From Eledone cirrhosa (taxonomy: Eukaryota), in contig OZ024746.1 of the NCBI GenBank assembly GCA_964016885.1, forward strand, positions 10,106,001-10,170,000: a stretch of DNA of 64,000 nucleotides. Direction: 5' to 3'. Every line of letters begins with the position of its first letter. Position 1 is the stretch's first letter. Shown piece by piece: positions 26,771 to 40,783 of this stretch. The position numbers and the translations under genes are program-made. The notes beneath the pieces were generated by a model. That model did no database searches and was not told the DNA's origin. It was given only the letters and a program-made list of their open reading frames with translations.

Positions 26771-27733
26771 GACATTTCATCTTACAAGAAATCCTCTATT
26801 GTTTTAGACTATCTACCTCTCCATGGAAACTTTGACTCACATCAACCAACATGTACAAACAGAAAATGAATAAATCAGTAAATAGAATATGAAATAAAGA
26901 GGCATAAAAAATTAATTGTACATAAATCAAAAATTTCTATTAGCAAGATGTATTTTATTGTATTATTTTATATATTTTATATATTTTAATTTCTTATACA
27001 AATGTCAGGTATTGACACCTTAATGCAATTCACCTTTTTAGTAGCCCCCATCTAACCCGGGGGGTGGGGTATCAACCACTCTAGGGATCCCTTCTCTAAT
27101 GCTTCTGTCAAATCATTGCATACCGAAGACTTCATTATTCAATATAGTCTTCAATTTTTAAGACAGTATAGATTTGAGGCAAATTTAACTGCTATTTCTA
27201 GAAGTCAAATGATCGTGTTAGACTCGCCTGTTGGTTTGTTTTACTGTTGTTAATAGTTACCATTGGTTGTATTTGTCAGCTCCAATAAAATAATTGACCT
27301 ATATTTTAATCCTATCTCATTTATTAGATTTCATCAATAAGGTCTTTGTTTAAGCAAGATCAGTTAAGATTTCCTGTGAGCATGTGTAGCATTTGAAAAT
27401 TGAGGAGGATATAGATAAAAGATGTTGCTATTGGTAACAAAGAAGACATGACTAAAGTTGATGGATAATATTTCATTATTAAAGATTAATTAGAATGCTG
27501 AAGAAATGATATAAGCTTAATTTAAGCTTAGAATGAATGAGGTGCAGCTTTGATAGTGTTTGGCTCTTTGGACATATGGTATAACTGGCATTTCTGGATT
27601 GTATTATTCCCTTCACTTGCCTTAAGGTTACCTCTCCTGCTCTAGACAAGTATCAGGTAGCCTAACCCCACTCACATCCCCTCACCCTCTATCACTGCCC
27701 TCAGCGTGGCAAACGATACAAGTGCCTTAATAT

Positions 27734-30700
27734 GATAGTGCTGGGCAACAATAAAAAGCACTCAGTCCACACTATAAAAGGATAGTGCTGGGCAACAATA
27801 AAAAGCACTCAGTCCACACTATAAAAGGATAGTGCTGGGCAACAATAAAAAGCACTCAGTCCACACTATAAAAGGATAGTGCTGGTGCCACAATAAAAAG
27901 CACTCAGTCCACACTATAAAAGGATAGTGCTGGGCAACAATAAAAAGCACTCAGTCCACACTATAAAAGGATAGTGCTGGTACCACAATATAAAGCACTC
28001 AGTCCACACTATAAAAGGATAGTGCTGGTGCCACAATAAAAAGCACTCAGTCCACACTATAAAAGGATAGTGCTGGGCAACAATAAAAAGCACTCAGTCC
28101 ACACTATAAAAGGATAGTGCTGGTGCCACAATAAAAAGCACTCAGTCCACACTATAAAAGGATAGTGCTGGGCAACAATAAAAAACACTCAGTCCACACT
28201 ATAAAAGGATAGTGCTGGTGCCACAATAAAAAGCACTCAGTCCACACTATAAAAGGATAGTGCTGGGCAACAATAAAAAGCACTCAGTCCACACTATAAA
28301 AGGATAGTGCTGGTGCCACTATAAAAAGCACTCAGTCCACACTATAAAAGGATAGTGCTGGTGCCACAATAAAAAGCACTCAGTCCACACTATAAAAGGA
28401 TAGTGCTGGGCAACAATAAAAAGCACTCAGTCCACACTATAAAAGGATAGTGCTGGGCAACAATAAAAAGCACTCAGCCCACACTATAAAAGGATAGTGC
28501 TGGTGCCACAATAAAAAGCACTCAGTCCACACTATAAAAGGATAGTGCTGGTGCCACAATAAAAAGCACTCAGTCCACACTATAAAAGGATAGTGCTGGG
28601 CAACAATATAAAGCACTCAGTCCACACTATAAAAGGATAGTGCTGGTGCCACAATAAAAAGCACTCAGTCCACACTATAAAAGGATAATGCTGGGCAACA
28701 ATAAAAAGCACTCAGCCCACACTATAAAAGGATAGTGCTGGTGCCACAATAAAAAGCACTCAGTCCACACTATAAAAGGATAGTGCTGGTGCCACAATAA
28801 AAAGCACTCAGTCCACACTATAAAAGGATAGTGCTGGGCAACAATAAAAAACACTCAGTCCACACTATAAAAGGATAGTGCTGGTGCCACAATAAAAAGC
28901 ACTCAGTCCACACTATAAAAGGATAGTGCTGGGCAACAATAAAAAGCACTCAGTCCACACTATAAAAGGATAGTGCTGGTGCCACTATAAAAAGCACTCA
29001 GTCCACACTATAAAAGGATAGTGCTGGGCAACAATAAAAAGCACTCAGTCCACACTATAAAAAGATAGTGCTGGGCAACAATAAAAAGCACTCAGTCCAC
29101 ACTATAAAAGGATAGTGCTGGTGCCACAATAAAAAGCACTCAGTCCACACTATAAAAGGATAGTGCTGGGCAACAATAAAAAGCACTCAGTCCACACTAT
29201 AAAAGGATAGTGCTGGTACTACAATATAAAGCACTCAGTCCACACTATAAAAGGATAGTGCTGGTGCCACAATAAAAAGCACTCAGTCCACACTATAAAA
29301 GGATAGTGCTGGGCAACAATAAAAAGCACTCAGTCCACACTATAAAAGGATAGTGCTGGTGCCACAATAAAAAGCACTCAGTCCACACTATAAAAGGATA
29401 GTGCTGGGCAACAATAAAAAACACTCAGTCCACACTATAAAAGGATAGTGCTGGTGCCACAATAAAAAGCACTCAGTCCACACTATAAAAGGATAGTGCT
29501 GGGCAACAATAAAAAGCACTCAGTCCACACTATAAAAGGATAGTGCTGGTGCCACTATAAAAAGCACTCAGTCCACACTATAAAAGGATAGTGCTGGTGC
29601 CACAATAAAAAGCACTCAGTCCACACTATAAAAGGATAGTGCTGGGCAACAATAAAAAGCACTCAGTCCACACTATAAAAGGATAGTGCTGGGCAACAAT
29701 AAAAAGCACTCAGCCCACACTATAAAAGGATAGTGCTGGTGCCACAATAAAAAGCACTCAGTCCACACTATAAAAGGATAGTGCTGGTGCCACAATAAAA
29801 AGCACTCAGTCCACACTATAAAAGGATAGTGCTGGGCAACAATATAAAGCACTCAGTCCACACTATAAAAGGATAGTGCTGGTGCCACAATAAAAAGCAC
29901 TCAGTCCACACTATAAAAGGATAATGCTGGGCAACAATAAAAAGCACTCAGCCCACACTATAAAAGGATAGTGCTGGTGCCACAATAAAAAGCACTCAGT
30001 CCACACTATAAAAGGATAGTGCTGGTGCCACAATAAAAAGCACTCAGTCCACACTATAAAAGGATAGTGCTGGGCAACAATATAAAGCACTCAGTCCACA
30101 CTATAAAAGGATAGTGCTGGTGCCACAATAAAAAGCACTCAGTCCACACTATAAAAGGATAATGCTGGGCAACAATAAAAAGCACTCAGTCCACACTATA
30201 AAAGGATAGTGCTGGGCAACAATAAAAAGCACTCAGTCCACACTATAAAAGGATAGTGCTGGGCAACAATAAAAAGCACTCAGTCCACACTATAAAAGGA
30301 TAGTGCTGGTGCCACAATAAAAAGCACTCAGTCCACACTATAAAAGGATAGTGCTGGGCAACAATAAAAAACACTCAGTCCACACTATAAAAGGATAGTG
30401 CTGGTGCAACAATAAAAAGCACTCAGTCCACACTATAAAAGGATAGTGCTGGTGCCACAATAAAAAGCACTCAGTCCACACTATAAAAGGATAGTGCTGG
30501 GCAACAATAAAAAACACTCAGTCCACACTATAAAAGGATAGTGCTGGTGCCACAATAAAAAGCACTCAGTCCACACTATAAAAGGATAGTGCTGGGCAAC
30601 AATAAAAAACACTCAGTCCACACTATAAAAGGATAGTGCTGGTGCCACAATAAAAAGCACTCAGTCCACACTATAAAAGGATAGTGCTGGGCAACAATAA

Positions 30701-33321
30701 AAAACACTCAGTCCACACTATAAAAGGATAGTGCTGGTGCACAATAAAAAGCACTCAGTCCACACTATAAAAGGATAGTGCTGGGCAACAATAAAAAACA
30801 CTCAGTCCACACTATAAAAGGATAGTGCTGGTGCCACAATAAAAAGCACTCAGTCCACACTATAAAAGGATAGTGCTGGGCAACAATAAAAAACACTCAG
30901 TCCACACTATAAAAGGATAGTGCTGGTGCAACAATAAAAAGCACTCAGTCCACACTATAAAAGGATAGTGCTGGTGCCACAATAAAAAGCACTCAGTCCA
31001 CACTATAAAAGGATAGTGCTGGGCAACAATAAAAAGCACTCAGTCCACACTATAAAAGGATAGTGCTGGTGCCACAATAAAAAGCACTCAGTCCACACTA
31101 TAAAAGGATAGTGCTGGGCAACAATAAAAAGCACTCAGTCCACACTATAAAAGGATAGTGCTGGTGCCACAATAAAAAGCACTCAGTCCACACTATAAAA
31201 GGATAGTGCTGGTGCCACAATAAAAAGCACTCAGTCCACACTATAAAAGGATAGTGCTGGGCAACAATAAAAAGCACTCAGTCCACACTATAAAAGGATA
31301 GTGCTGGTGCCACAATAAAAAGCACTCAGTCCACACTATAAAAGGATAGTGCTGGGCAACAATAAAAAGCACTCAGTCCACACTATAAAAGGATAGTGCT
31401 GGTGCCACTATAAAAAGCACTCAGTCCACACTATAAAAGGATAGTGCTGGTGCCACAATAAAAAGCACTCAGTCCACACTATAAAAGGATAGTGCTGGGC
31501 AACAATAAAAAACACTCAGTCCACACTATAAAAGGATAGTGCTGGTGCCACAATAAAAAGCACTCAGTCCACACTATAAAAGGATAGTGCTGGGCAACAA
31601 TAAAAAACACTCAGTCCACACTATAAAAGGATAGTGCTGGTGCAACAATAAAAAGCACTCAGTCCACACTATAAAAGGATAGTGCTGGGCAACAATAAAA
31701 AGTACTCAGTCCACACTATAAAAGGATAGTGCTGGGCAACAATAAAAAGCACTCAGTCCACACTATAAAAGGATAGTGCTGGTGCCACAATAAAAAGCAC
31801 TCAGTCCACACTATAAAAGGATAGTGCTGGGCAACAATAAAAAGCACTCAGTCCACACTATAAAAGGATAGTGCTGGTGCCACAATAAAAAGCACTCAGT
31901 CCACACTATAAAAGGATAGTGCTGGTGCCACAATAAAAAGCACTCAGTCCACACTATAAAAGGATAGTGCTGGGCAACAATAAAAAGCACTCAGTCCACA
32001 CTATAAAAGGATAGTGCTGGTGCCACAATAAAAAGCACTCAGTCCACACTATAAAAGGATAGTGCTGGGCAACAATAAAAAGCACTCAGTCCACACTATA
32101 AAAGGATAGTGCTGGTGCCACTATAAAAAGCACTCAGTCCACACTATAAAAGGATAGTGCTGGGCAACAATAAAAAGCACTCAGTCCACACTATAAAAGG
32201 ATAGTGCTGGGCAACAATAAAAAGCACTCAGCCCACACTATAAAAGGATAGTGCTGGTGCCACAATAAAAAGCACTCAGTCCACACTATAAAAGGATAGT
32301 GCTGGTGCCACAATAAAAAGCACTCAGTCCACACTATAAAAGGATAGTGCTGGGCAACAATATAAAGCACTCAGTCCACACTATAAAAGGATAGTGCTGG
32401 TGCCACAATAAAAAGCACTCAGTCCACACTATAAAAGGATAGTGCTGGGCAACAATAAAAAGCACTCAGTCCACACTATAAAAGGATAGTGCTGGGCAAC
32501 AATAAAAAGCACTCAGTCCACACTATAAAAGGATAGTGCTGGGCAACAATAAAAAACACTCAGTCCACACTATAAAAGGATAGTGCTGGTGCCACAATAA
32601 AAAGCACTCAGTCCACACTATAAAAGGATAGTGCTGGTGCCACAATAAAAAGCACTCAGTCCACACTATAAAAGGATAGTGCTGGGCAACAATAAAAAAC
32701 ACTCAGTCCACACTATAAAAGGATAGTGCTGGGCAACAATAAAAAGCACTCAGTCCACACTATAAAAGGATAGTGCTGGTGCCACAATAAAAAGCACTCA
32801 GTCCACACTATAAAAGGATAGTGCTGGTGCCACAATAAAAAGCACTCAGTCCACACTATAAAAGGATAGTGCTGGTGCCACAATAAAAAGCACTCAGTCC
32901 ACACTATAAAAGGATAGTGCTGGTGCCACAATAAAAAGCACTCAGTCCACACTATAAAAGGATAGTGCTGGGCAACAATAAAAAACACTCAGTCCACACT
33001 ATAAAAGGATAGTGCTGGTGCCACAATAAAAAGCACTCAGTCCACACTATAAAAGGATAGTGCTGGTGCCACAATAAAAAGCACTCAGTCCACACTATAA
33101 AAGGATAGTGCTGGGCAACAATAAAAAACACTCAGTCCACACTATAAAAGGATAGTGCTGGTGCCACAATAAAAAGCACTCAGTCCACACTATAAAAGGA
33201 TAGTGCTGGTGCCACAATAAAAAGCACTCAGTCCACACTATAAAAGGATAGTGCTGGGCAACAATAAAAAACACTCAGTCCACACTATAAAAGGATAGTG
33301 CTGGTGCGACAATAAAAAGCA
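27734..33321. repeat. 47/48 bp satellite (GATAGTGCTGG[GCA/TGCC]ACAATAAAAAGCACTCAGTCCACACTATAAAAG), about 117 copies
   Basis: 5.6 kb homogeneous tandem array with two interspersed major variants and an internal 1236 bp duplication. Confidence 0.98.
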
Positions 33322-33590
33322 TCTAGCCCTCAATGTTAAGTGGCTGTGTAGGTGTCATGACAAAGGGTGGCCAGCCCACACTGTAAAGTAGTTGTGCAGG
33401 TGTCACAGCAAAAAGCATCCAGTTCACTCTGTAAATGCAGTTGGCATTAGGAAGGGCATCCAGCAGTAGAAACCAAGCCAGAAACAGTTCTGTATGAAAG
33501 ACACAAGGTCACCTGAACCAACTTGCCTTAAATAGGACAACCCGTCTATCCTATGCTAGCGTGGAAAATGGACGTTAAACGATGATGGTG
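33322..33590 (+). mobile_element. RTE LINE 3'UTR and tail, contiguous with the satellite
   Basis: Continues with diverged units of about 50 bp, then ggaagggcatccagc...atgctagcgtggaaaatggacgttaaacgatgatg. Confidence 0.85.
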
Positions 33591-35260
33591 AGGAGGAGGA
33601 GGATAATGATTTAACTTTGATAGGTTTCAGCCAGTATTGATCCAGGCCATGTCTAACTTAATATCATCACCTAGACATTATCATTATTATTTTACATCAG
33701 CTTTCCATGTTTGCATAGGTTGAATAGATTATATCAGTTCAAGATTAGACATACATTTTATAGTAGCAACTCCATTACCACTTTACAAACTATACAAGGA
33801 GCGCTTTTTCCCGAGGTGCCAGCACTACTACTTTATAGAGTGTACTGAGTGCATTTTGTCGTTACACCAACACTACCACTTATTGACAGTATTATATATA
33901 TATAACAATTTTATATAAAAATTTCACCTCATTGAAAAGGTTGTATATGAGATAAATCGCGATACTCTAGGGTCTCGAATAATCGGACCTCCCTGCTATT
34001 TCTTAGGACCCAAGAGTAACTAAAAGACAAATTAATAATTGTTTCTACTTTTGGCACATGGACAGCAATTTAAAGGGAATTGGGAAAGTCGATTAAATTG
34101 ACCCATGTAACTGGTTATTTTATAGAACCTTGTAGGGATGGAAGGCAACGCTAACCCCGACAAGAGTTGGTACCTTTCCTCGAAGAGATTTTTTTTTTTT
34201 TAATCATTCACTTGCTCGTGATAAAAAAAAAAATAAAGATCAGTTAAATAATGTTGAAAGGGAGATAAGTAAGAATATGAAGGAGTTATTTCCCTTGAAA
34301 ACAATATACGTTAATTAGCATTTAAAGCAGTCGAAATTATGACTTGACAGACGAATCGTTTTAGCAAATTCGGAAACGTGAACTGTTTTGTTCATCATCA
34401 TCATCGTCATCATTTATGGGCCAAATTGCTGGGCTTGTGTTAATGCTAGAAAGAATTAGTTCTAATCCCACCCTGGTTAACTTTAGCCCAAATTTCTGGT
34501 CTTCTGCCAATGTTAGAAACGAAAAAAAATATTTTTCTTGATGGTTAATAAAGAAATCTTATTATTATTGAGAGAGGCGAGTATGGCCCGAGTGAATGAG
34601 TCCACTCTGAGTGTGAGCCTGTAGATTGGAGGAGGATAACTGGGACAGAGCCCTAGAGCTCAGGATACCAGTGGTTTTATGGGGGTTCCCCGAGTGACCC
34701 TCAAACATGTCCTCCCTATTCAGGAAACTCCTTTGTTTTAATTTTTATTGTTATCTTTCGTTTTTAACATTGTTAAATTTGTTTACACGTAAAACCTCCA
34801 CCCACCAATACACACACTATGTGCTATCCTAATGTTTGTCTTGGTGTTAACTCTTGTGGTGAATAAAGACATCATTACCCTGATTGGCAGAATTGGTAGA
34901 GCGCCGGACACCATGCTTAGCTACATAGAGTTATGGCCCTTTACTTTCTGGGTTCAAATATTAACTTTGCCTTTCATTCTTACGGAGTCGATAAAATATA
35001 TTACCAGTAATGTACTTGGGTCGATTTAATCGACTTTCCGCTCCCCCAAAATTGCTGGCCTTGTACCTATAGTAGAAATCATTATTACTATCATCATCAT
35101 CCCTGCAATATATTGATTTATTGTTATTTTCATAACCAATTACTCGTTTTTATGTAAGGACCCCACTGTCCTTGTTTATTTGTATTTTCCTTAATATGTT
35201 TGACTCCCAATAACCAATAAAGAAGTCCTTATTATTAATATTATCATTATTTTCTTCCAG

Positions 35261-35412
35261 AATTGCGGGAACCTCCATACTGGGCTTCCTATTCACGTGC
35301 AAGACTATTGATACATACCGTAATCAACAGCAAATACTTTGATTTAGCCATTGCGGGTGTGATTGGTCTCAATGTCATAACTATGGCAACAGAGTATTAT
35401 CTTATGCCGGAT
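35261..35412 (+). CDS. Cav3: Cav3 exon: end of III-IV linker and IVS1 (KLREPPYWASYSRARLLIHTVINSKYFDLAIAGVIGLNVITMATEYYLMPD)
   Basis: cttccag| acceptor, GAT|gtaagt donor, 152 nt. Phase 1 start matches the previous exon. Confidence 0.96.
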
Positions 35413-35512
35413 GTAAGTAAGACGATCAAATCATTGAAGTATTTTTCAATACTCATCTCTAACATTATTTCTTATCCTTCCATATCTATATATTGTTCTG
35501 TTTATCTCCCTG

Positions 35513-35549
<37 letters not shown>

Positions 35550-35740
35550 GGTGAATTTCCAGGGTAACAAGACTCCCTATTTAGCTTTAATAAAAGGATT
35601 TTATATATATATATATATCAGGATAGAACCAGATAAAACTTGTGTTAGACCATTACTCAACAGAGTACTCAGTACTTGAGATAGTAGCGTCTGGCGATAT
35701 TATAAAGAGTCGAGGCCAGATATCGCTGTTGAAATGGCAA

Positions 35741-36010
35741 GTCCACTCTGTAAAGTGGTCATGTTGGTGTCTTGACAAAAAGGACCTTGTCCACTCTGTA
35801 AAGTGGTCGTGTTGGTGTCTTGACAAAAAGGACCTTGTCCACTCTGTAAAGTGGTCATGTTGGTGTCTTGACAAAAAGGACCTGTCCACTCTGTAAAGTG
35901 GTCATGTTGGTGTCTTGTCAAAAAGGATCTTGTCCACACTGAAAAGTGGTCATGTTGGTGTCTTGACAAAAAGGACCTTGTCCACTCTGTAAAGTGGTCG
36001 TGTTGGTGAC
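35741..36010. repeat. 48 bp minisatellite (GTCCACTCTGTAAAGTGGTCATGTTGGTGTCTTGACAAAAAGGACCTT), about 5.5 copies
   Basis: Direct tandem array. The unit resembles the RTE 3'UTR subrepeat (cactgtaaagtggtcgtgtaggtgcc..aaaaagcacc). Confidence 0.9.
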
Positions 36011-37199
36011 ATCATGAAAAATTACCTAGTCCAATCTGTCAGTTGGAGTTAAGAGACAAGACAAAACAATAATTTATAGTAATTAAGCTATATAGATATA
36101 CAAGACTAGCATCTGTAAGACTCTTTTCCTACTATATCAAGTCTAAAACTAATAATATATTTCTTCATTGTACTGTGTTGTTTGCTTTGTTATTTCTGTT
36201 TGCCTTTTGCATATATATATATATATATATACACACACATACATATAGATATAGATATATATATATATATATACATATATATGTATGTATATGAAACAGT
36301 TCTAGTCCTGTAAAAAAGGATGTCAATATCTCTCTAAACTAAACTGTGTTGTATGAAATTTTCAAATAGATAAAGGTCCTTTTTTTATATATCCATCAGA
36401 ATTTGAATTAATCAAAGACAAATGAGATTTACTTCAATTTGTTGTCAGTTGATTTTCTATCAAGACAGAAGATTTGTGTTAATTTATGACAACAATTTTA
36501 TTACATGCTGCCAGTATCAGAATCTAGATCACAAACACTAATACTTATTAAGTTATTTTTGCTGATAAAAAATGTTCTTTGTGTTTATTCTACATTTATT
36601 TTAGTTTTTTAAAGGGGAGGGGTAAATGGATGTTTCTAGAATTTTTGACTTTTTGTTTTGTTTTTGTGCATTTTTTGTTCATTTTTTTGTTCATTTTTTT
36701 GTTCATTTTTTTGTTCATTTTTGGGTTATCTTTTTTGCCAGTGATGTTATATTTTGTATGTAAATAAAGCAAACATCAATTTTGATGACAACACGTTTTT
36801 ATATACACACAGCAAAATAACTTCATTAGAGGGTTGGCCGACACGACCACAATCAATAGAAATAGTGAGCTGAAAGGGAGAAAAAAAACAGAAAATATCA
36901 ATACTTATTAACAAATTCACAGCCATTCAAACTCACACGTGTACAGGCATACACACATGACAGCATTACATACATAAAGAAAGAAATAGTAAACACGCAC
37001 ATACTCACACATACTCACACACACTCACGCACACTCACGCACACACACACACACTCACTCACACATGCATACACATACATATGCACACACATACACACAC
37101 ATATACACACATACACCCACACATACGCACACACACGTACACATGAATAAAAGTACACATGCTCACAAAAAAATACATAAAGAAATAAAACACCAAGTA

Positions 37200-37236
<37 letters not shown>

Positions 37237-37752
37237 GCACACACGCACACACCTATGCACACGCACACAAACACACACACACCTATGCACACACGCACAC
37301 AAACACACACACACACACACACCTATGCACACACGCACACACATACACGCACACACACACACGCACACACACACACGCACACACACACGCGCACACACAC
37401 ACACGCACACACACACACTTGTGAATAAAAGTAGACATTTACATCACACATAAATGTGGACTCATGCTCACATTTAGACAATGTACAAACAGTGAAAACA
37501 TTAACTATGAACAATAAAAAACAGAACAATACACTCTCTCTCTCTCTCCCTCTCTCTTTCTCCCCCGCTCCACCCTTCCTCCCCTCCACCCTCTCTCTCA
37601 TTCCCCCTCTCTCCTCCCACTCTACCCCGTTCTACCCCCTATCCCTTACTCCCACCTCTCCCTTCTCTCTCCCTCTCCCATCTTTCCCCCTCTGCCCCTC
37701 TCCCCTCTCTCCCCCGTTCACTCTCTCCCCCACTCTCTCCCCCACTCTCTCT

Positions 37753-37783
<31 letters not shown>

Positions 37784-37967
37784 AAACACACATGAATATA
37801 CCTTTAAAAAAACACAATCTTACAAACATACAGAGGAAGCCCTCTCACCATACTTCTCTTCCCTCCAACTCTCCATATTTTATATACATCATTACACATT
37901 CAATGTCTAGCTATTGACCACTTCTGTGTTAGATTTAAATTTTAATGAATTTTAATATATTCATTCA

Positions 37968-38012
<45 letters not shown>

Positions 38013-38017
38013 TCCAG

Positions 38018-38127
38018 GGCTTAGAGTTTGCTTTGAAAATTTTTAACTATTTTTTTACCAGTGTTTTTATTTTGGAAGCCACTATGAAAATGGTAGCATT
38101 GGGCTTCATGAGATACATGAGAGAACG
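38018..38127 (+). CDS. Cav3: Cav3 exon: IVS2 (GLEFALKIFNYFFTSVFILEATMKMVALGFMRYMRER)
   Basis: (TTTC)n polypyrimidine tract then ttccag| acceptor, CG|gtaaac donor, 110 nt, phase 0/2. Confidence 0.95.
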
Positions 38128-38227
38128 GTAAACAATGTTGCTAATGGCAACTTCTTTTTCTGTCTTTAAAGGTCTTCACTTTATTTTAAAAACTATTTTG
38201 TAGCACTCTATACATAAGCATACCACT

Positions 38228-38273
<46 letters not shown>

Positions 38274-39578
38274 AGCATACCACTGTAAAGTGGTCGTGTA
38301 GGTGCCACGGCAAAAAAGCACCCAGCACTCACTGTAAATGAGGTTGGTGTTAGGAAGGGCATCCAGCTGTAGAAATCAAGCTAGAATCAGTTCCCGTCCC
38401 ACCCTTGCAAGCAGGGAAAAAGTGGACGTAAAATGAAATGATGAAATGATGATATATAATGTACTATACTGATGTAGGTGATGCAAAATAATTGACACTA
38501 TAGTTGGTATTAACTCTTTTCATACCGACCTGCCTGAACCTGCCTCTTGTTCTATAAAACAAAACTCTTTAAAAGTGCTTATGCGTGTCTAAAATCTGCA
38601 CATCACAATTTTATATAAGAACATTTGGTAAGTTATATTCCAAATATCAACTTAATCATAAGAAAGTTATTTTACTAAATCCCTCAAATTCTTGATTATT
38701 TTCAAAATTATTAAAAACTCATAGAAATATAGTAACAAAATGGTTAATGATGCTGCCAAATACCCAGTGTAGTTTATCTGTTCAGCTTACTGGTGTTCCA
38801 CCTCACAATCAGTGAAAATAGGAGCACCTATCATGCTGCTATGGAATTTAAATACAACAAAACTCTGTAATGTTTTTATACTAGCAGAATATTGGTGTTT
38901 ATGTGTTTGGGTCGACATATATCATAAATATCAGCAACCTATACCATTGCTCCCTTAATAATGCAAACTACAAAGGCTGACCAGGATACTCTCATGGAAT
39001 GACCAAATGAGGTTTATTTTTTTAACATAGTCCCTAGAAAGAAACATTGAGTTGTTAATAAGAAGATTGTGCTTTGGAGTGCAGAGCCCCCAAACATTCG
39101 CTGGTATGTATTTTCAACTGAATATACTGGCGCCAGATGAAATGAAATGTTTTGCTCAAGAACACATCTCACAACCCAGTGCAGGAATCAAACCCATGAC
39201 ATTATGATATTACCACTAGGCCACTCACTGTCCCCACTTATATGTATGTATATATGTCTACATACATATGTTTCTGTGAATATATATATATTGCTGTTTC
39301 CAGTTAACCCTTTAGCATTTACATTGCTCTATATATATACTATTGTATTTTTGTGGTAAAGGCTTTATCTTACTTAATTATCTCACATAATATTGAATCT
39401 TTGAGATTTTGATGTTATTTATTTTGAGAACAATACCTTAACATCAGTATGAGTGGCTGAGTACAGCCGGTTTGAACAGAAAGAGGTGAGAGAATTATGA
39501 CCAGATATGGCTGGTTTAAACGCTAAAGTGTTAAGGCCTATGTTAAAAACATTCACTTCACTCACTCTCTCTTTTCAG

Positions 39579-39709
39579 TTGGAATCAGTTAGATACAGCA
39601 ATTGTGATTTTATCTGTGGTGGGAATTGTTCTAGAAGAAATGGAAAGTAATGTAATACCAATGAACCCTACAATCATACGTGTCATGAGGGTGTTACGAA
39701 TTGCCAGAG
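39579..39709 (+). CDS. Cav3: Cav3 exon: IVS3 and IVS4 voltage sensor ([43 protein letters not shown])
   Basis: ttttcag| acceptor, G|gtaaat donor, 131 nt, phase 2/1. Contains WNQLD and the RxxRxxRxxR S4 motif. Confidence 0.97.
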
Positions 39710-40029
39710 GTAAATATCACTTCACTATAAAGTGTGGGTGTGTGTATGTATGTGTGTGTGCACATCTGTGCATATGTATGTGTGTGGAAGGTATGTATGT
39801 ATATGTGTGTGTGTGTGTGTGCGTGCCTGTATGTGTTTGTGTGTATGTGTGTGGGCATGTGTATGTGTACAAGGTGCACTGAGTGCATTTTATTACAGCA
39901 CCAGCACTAGAAGGACTGTCATGTCTTTTGACACAGCTTCAAAAGTCCTCATGACCTTTGATTTGTCAAGCTTTCCATGGGTGAATGCCCTTCCTATCCC
40001 AAACCACTTTACAGAGTCTACTGGCAGCA

Positions 40030-40783
40030 TTTATAAAGTAGGTCACCATCACTAGAGAAGATGTCATCTCTTTATAATGTAGGTCACCATCACTAGAGAA
40101 GATGTCATCTCTTTATAATGTAGGTCACCATCACTAGAGAAGATGTCATCTCTTTATAATGTAGGTCACCATCATTAGAGAAGCTGTCATCTCTTTATAA
40201 AGTAGGTCACCATCACTAGAGAAGCTGTCATCTCTTTATAAAGTAGGTCACCATCACTAGAGAAGCTGTCATCTCTTGACACAATGTAGGTCACCATCAC
40301 TAGAGAAGATGTCATCTCTTTATAATGTAGGTCACCATCACTAGAGAAGCTGTCATCTTTTGACACAATGTAGGTCACCATCACTAGAGAAGCTGTCATC
40401 TCTTTATAAAGTAGGTCACCATCACTAGAGAAGCTGTCATCTCTTTATAAAGTAGGTCACCATCACTAGAGAAGCTATCATTTCTTTATAAAGTAGGTCA
40501 CCATCACTAGAGAAGATGTCATCTCTTTATAATGTAGGTCACCATCACTAGAGAAGCTGTCATCTCTTGACACAATGTAGGTCACCATCACTAGAGAAGA
40601 TGTCATCTCTTTATAATGTAGGTCACCATCACTAGAGAAGCTGTCATCTCTTTATAATGTAGGTCACCATCACTAGAGAAGATGTCATCTCTTTATAATG
40701 TAGGTCACCATCACTAGAGAAGCTGTCATCTCTTTATAATGTTGGTCACCATCACTAGAGAAGCTCTCATCTCTTGACACAAT
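40030..40783. repeat. 41 bp minisatellite (TAGGTCACCATCACTAGAGAAG[A/C]TGTCATCTCTTTATAATG), about 18 copies
   Basis: Direct tandem array filling most of the 1.2 kb intron between the two IVS4-containing exons. Confidence 0.95.

Noticed and set aside
27734-33321. CRISPR-like array (also considered for 56337-59455 and 14749-15816)
   Set aside because: Head-to-tail units with no unique spacers, no cas genes and a eukaryotic intron context. These are satellites.
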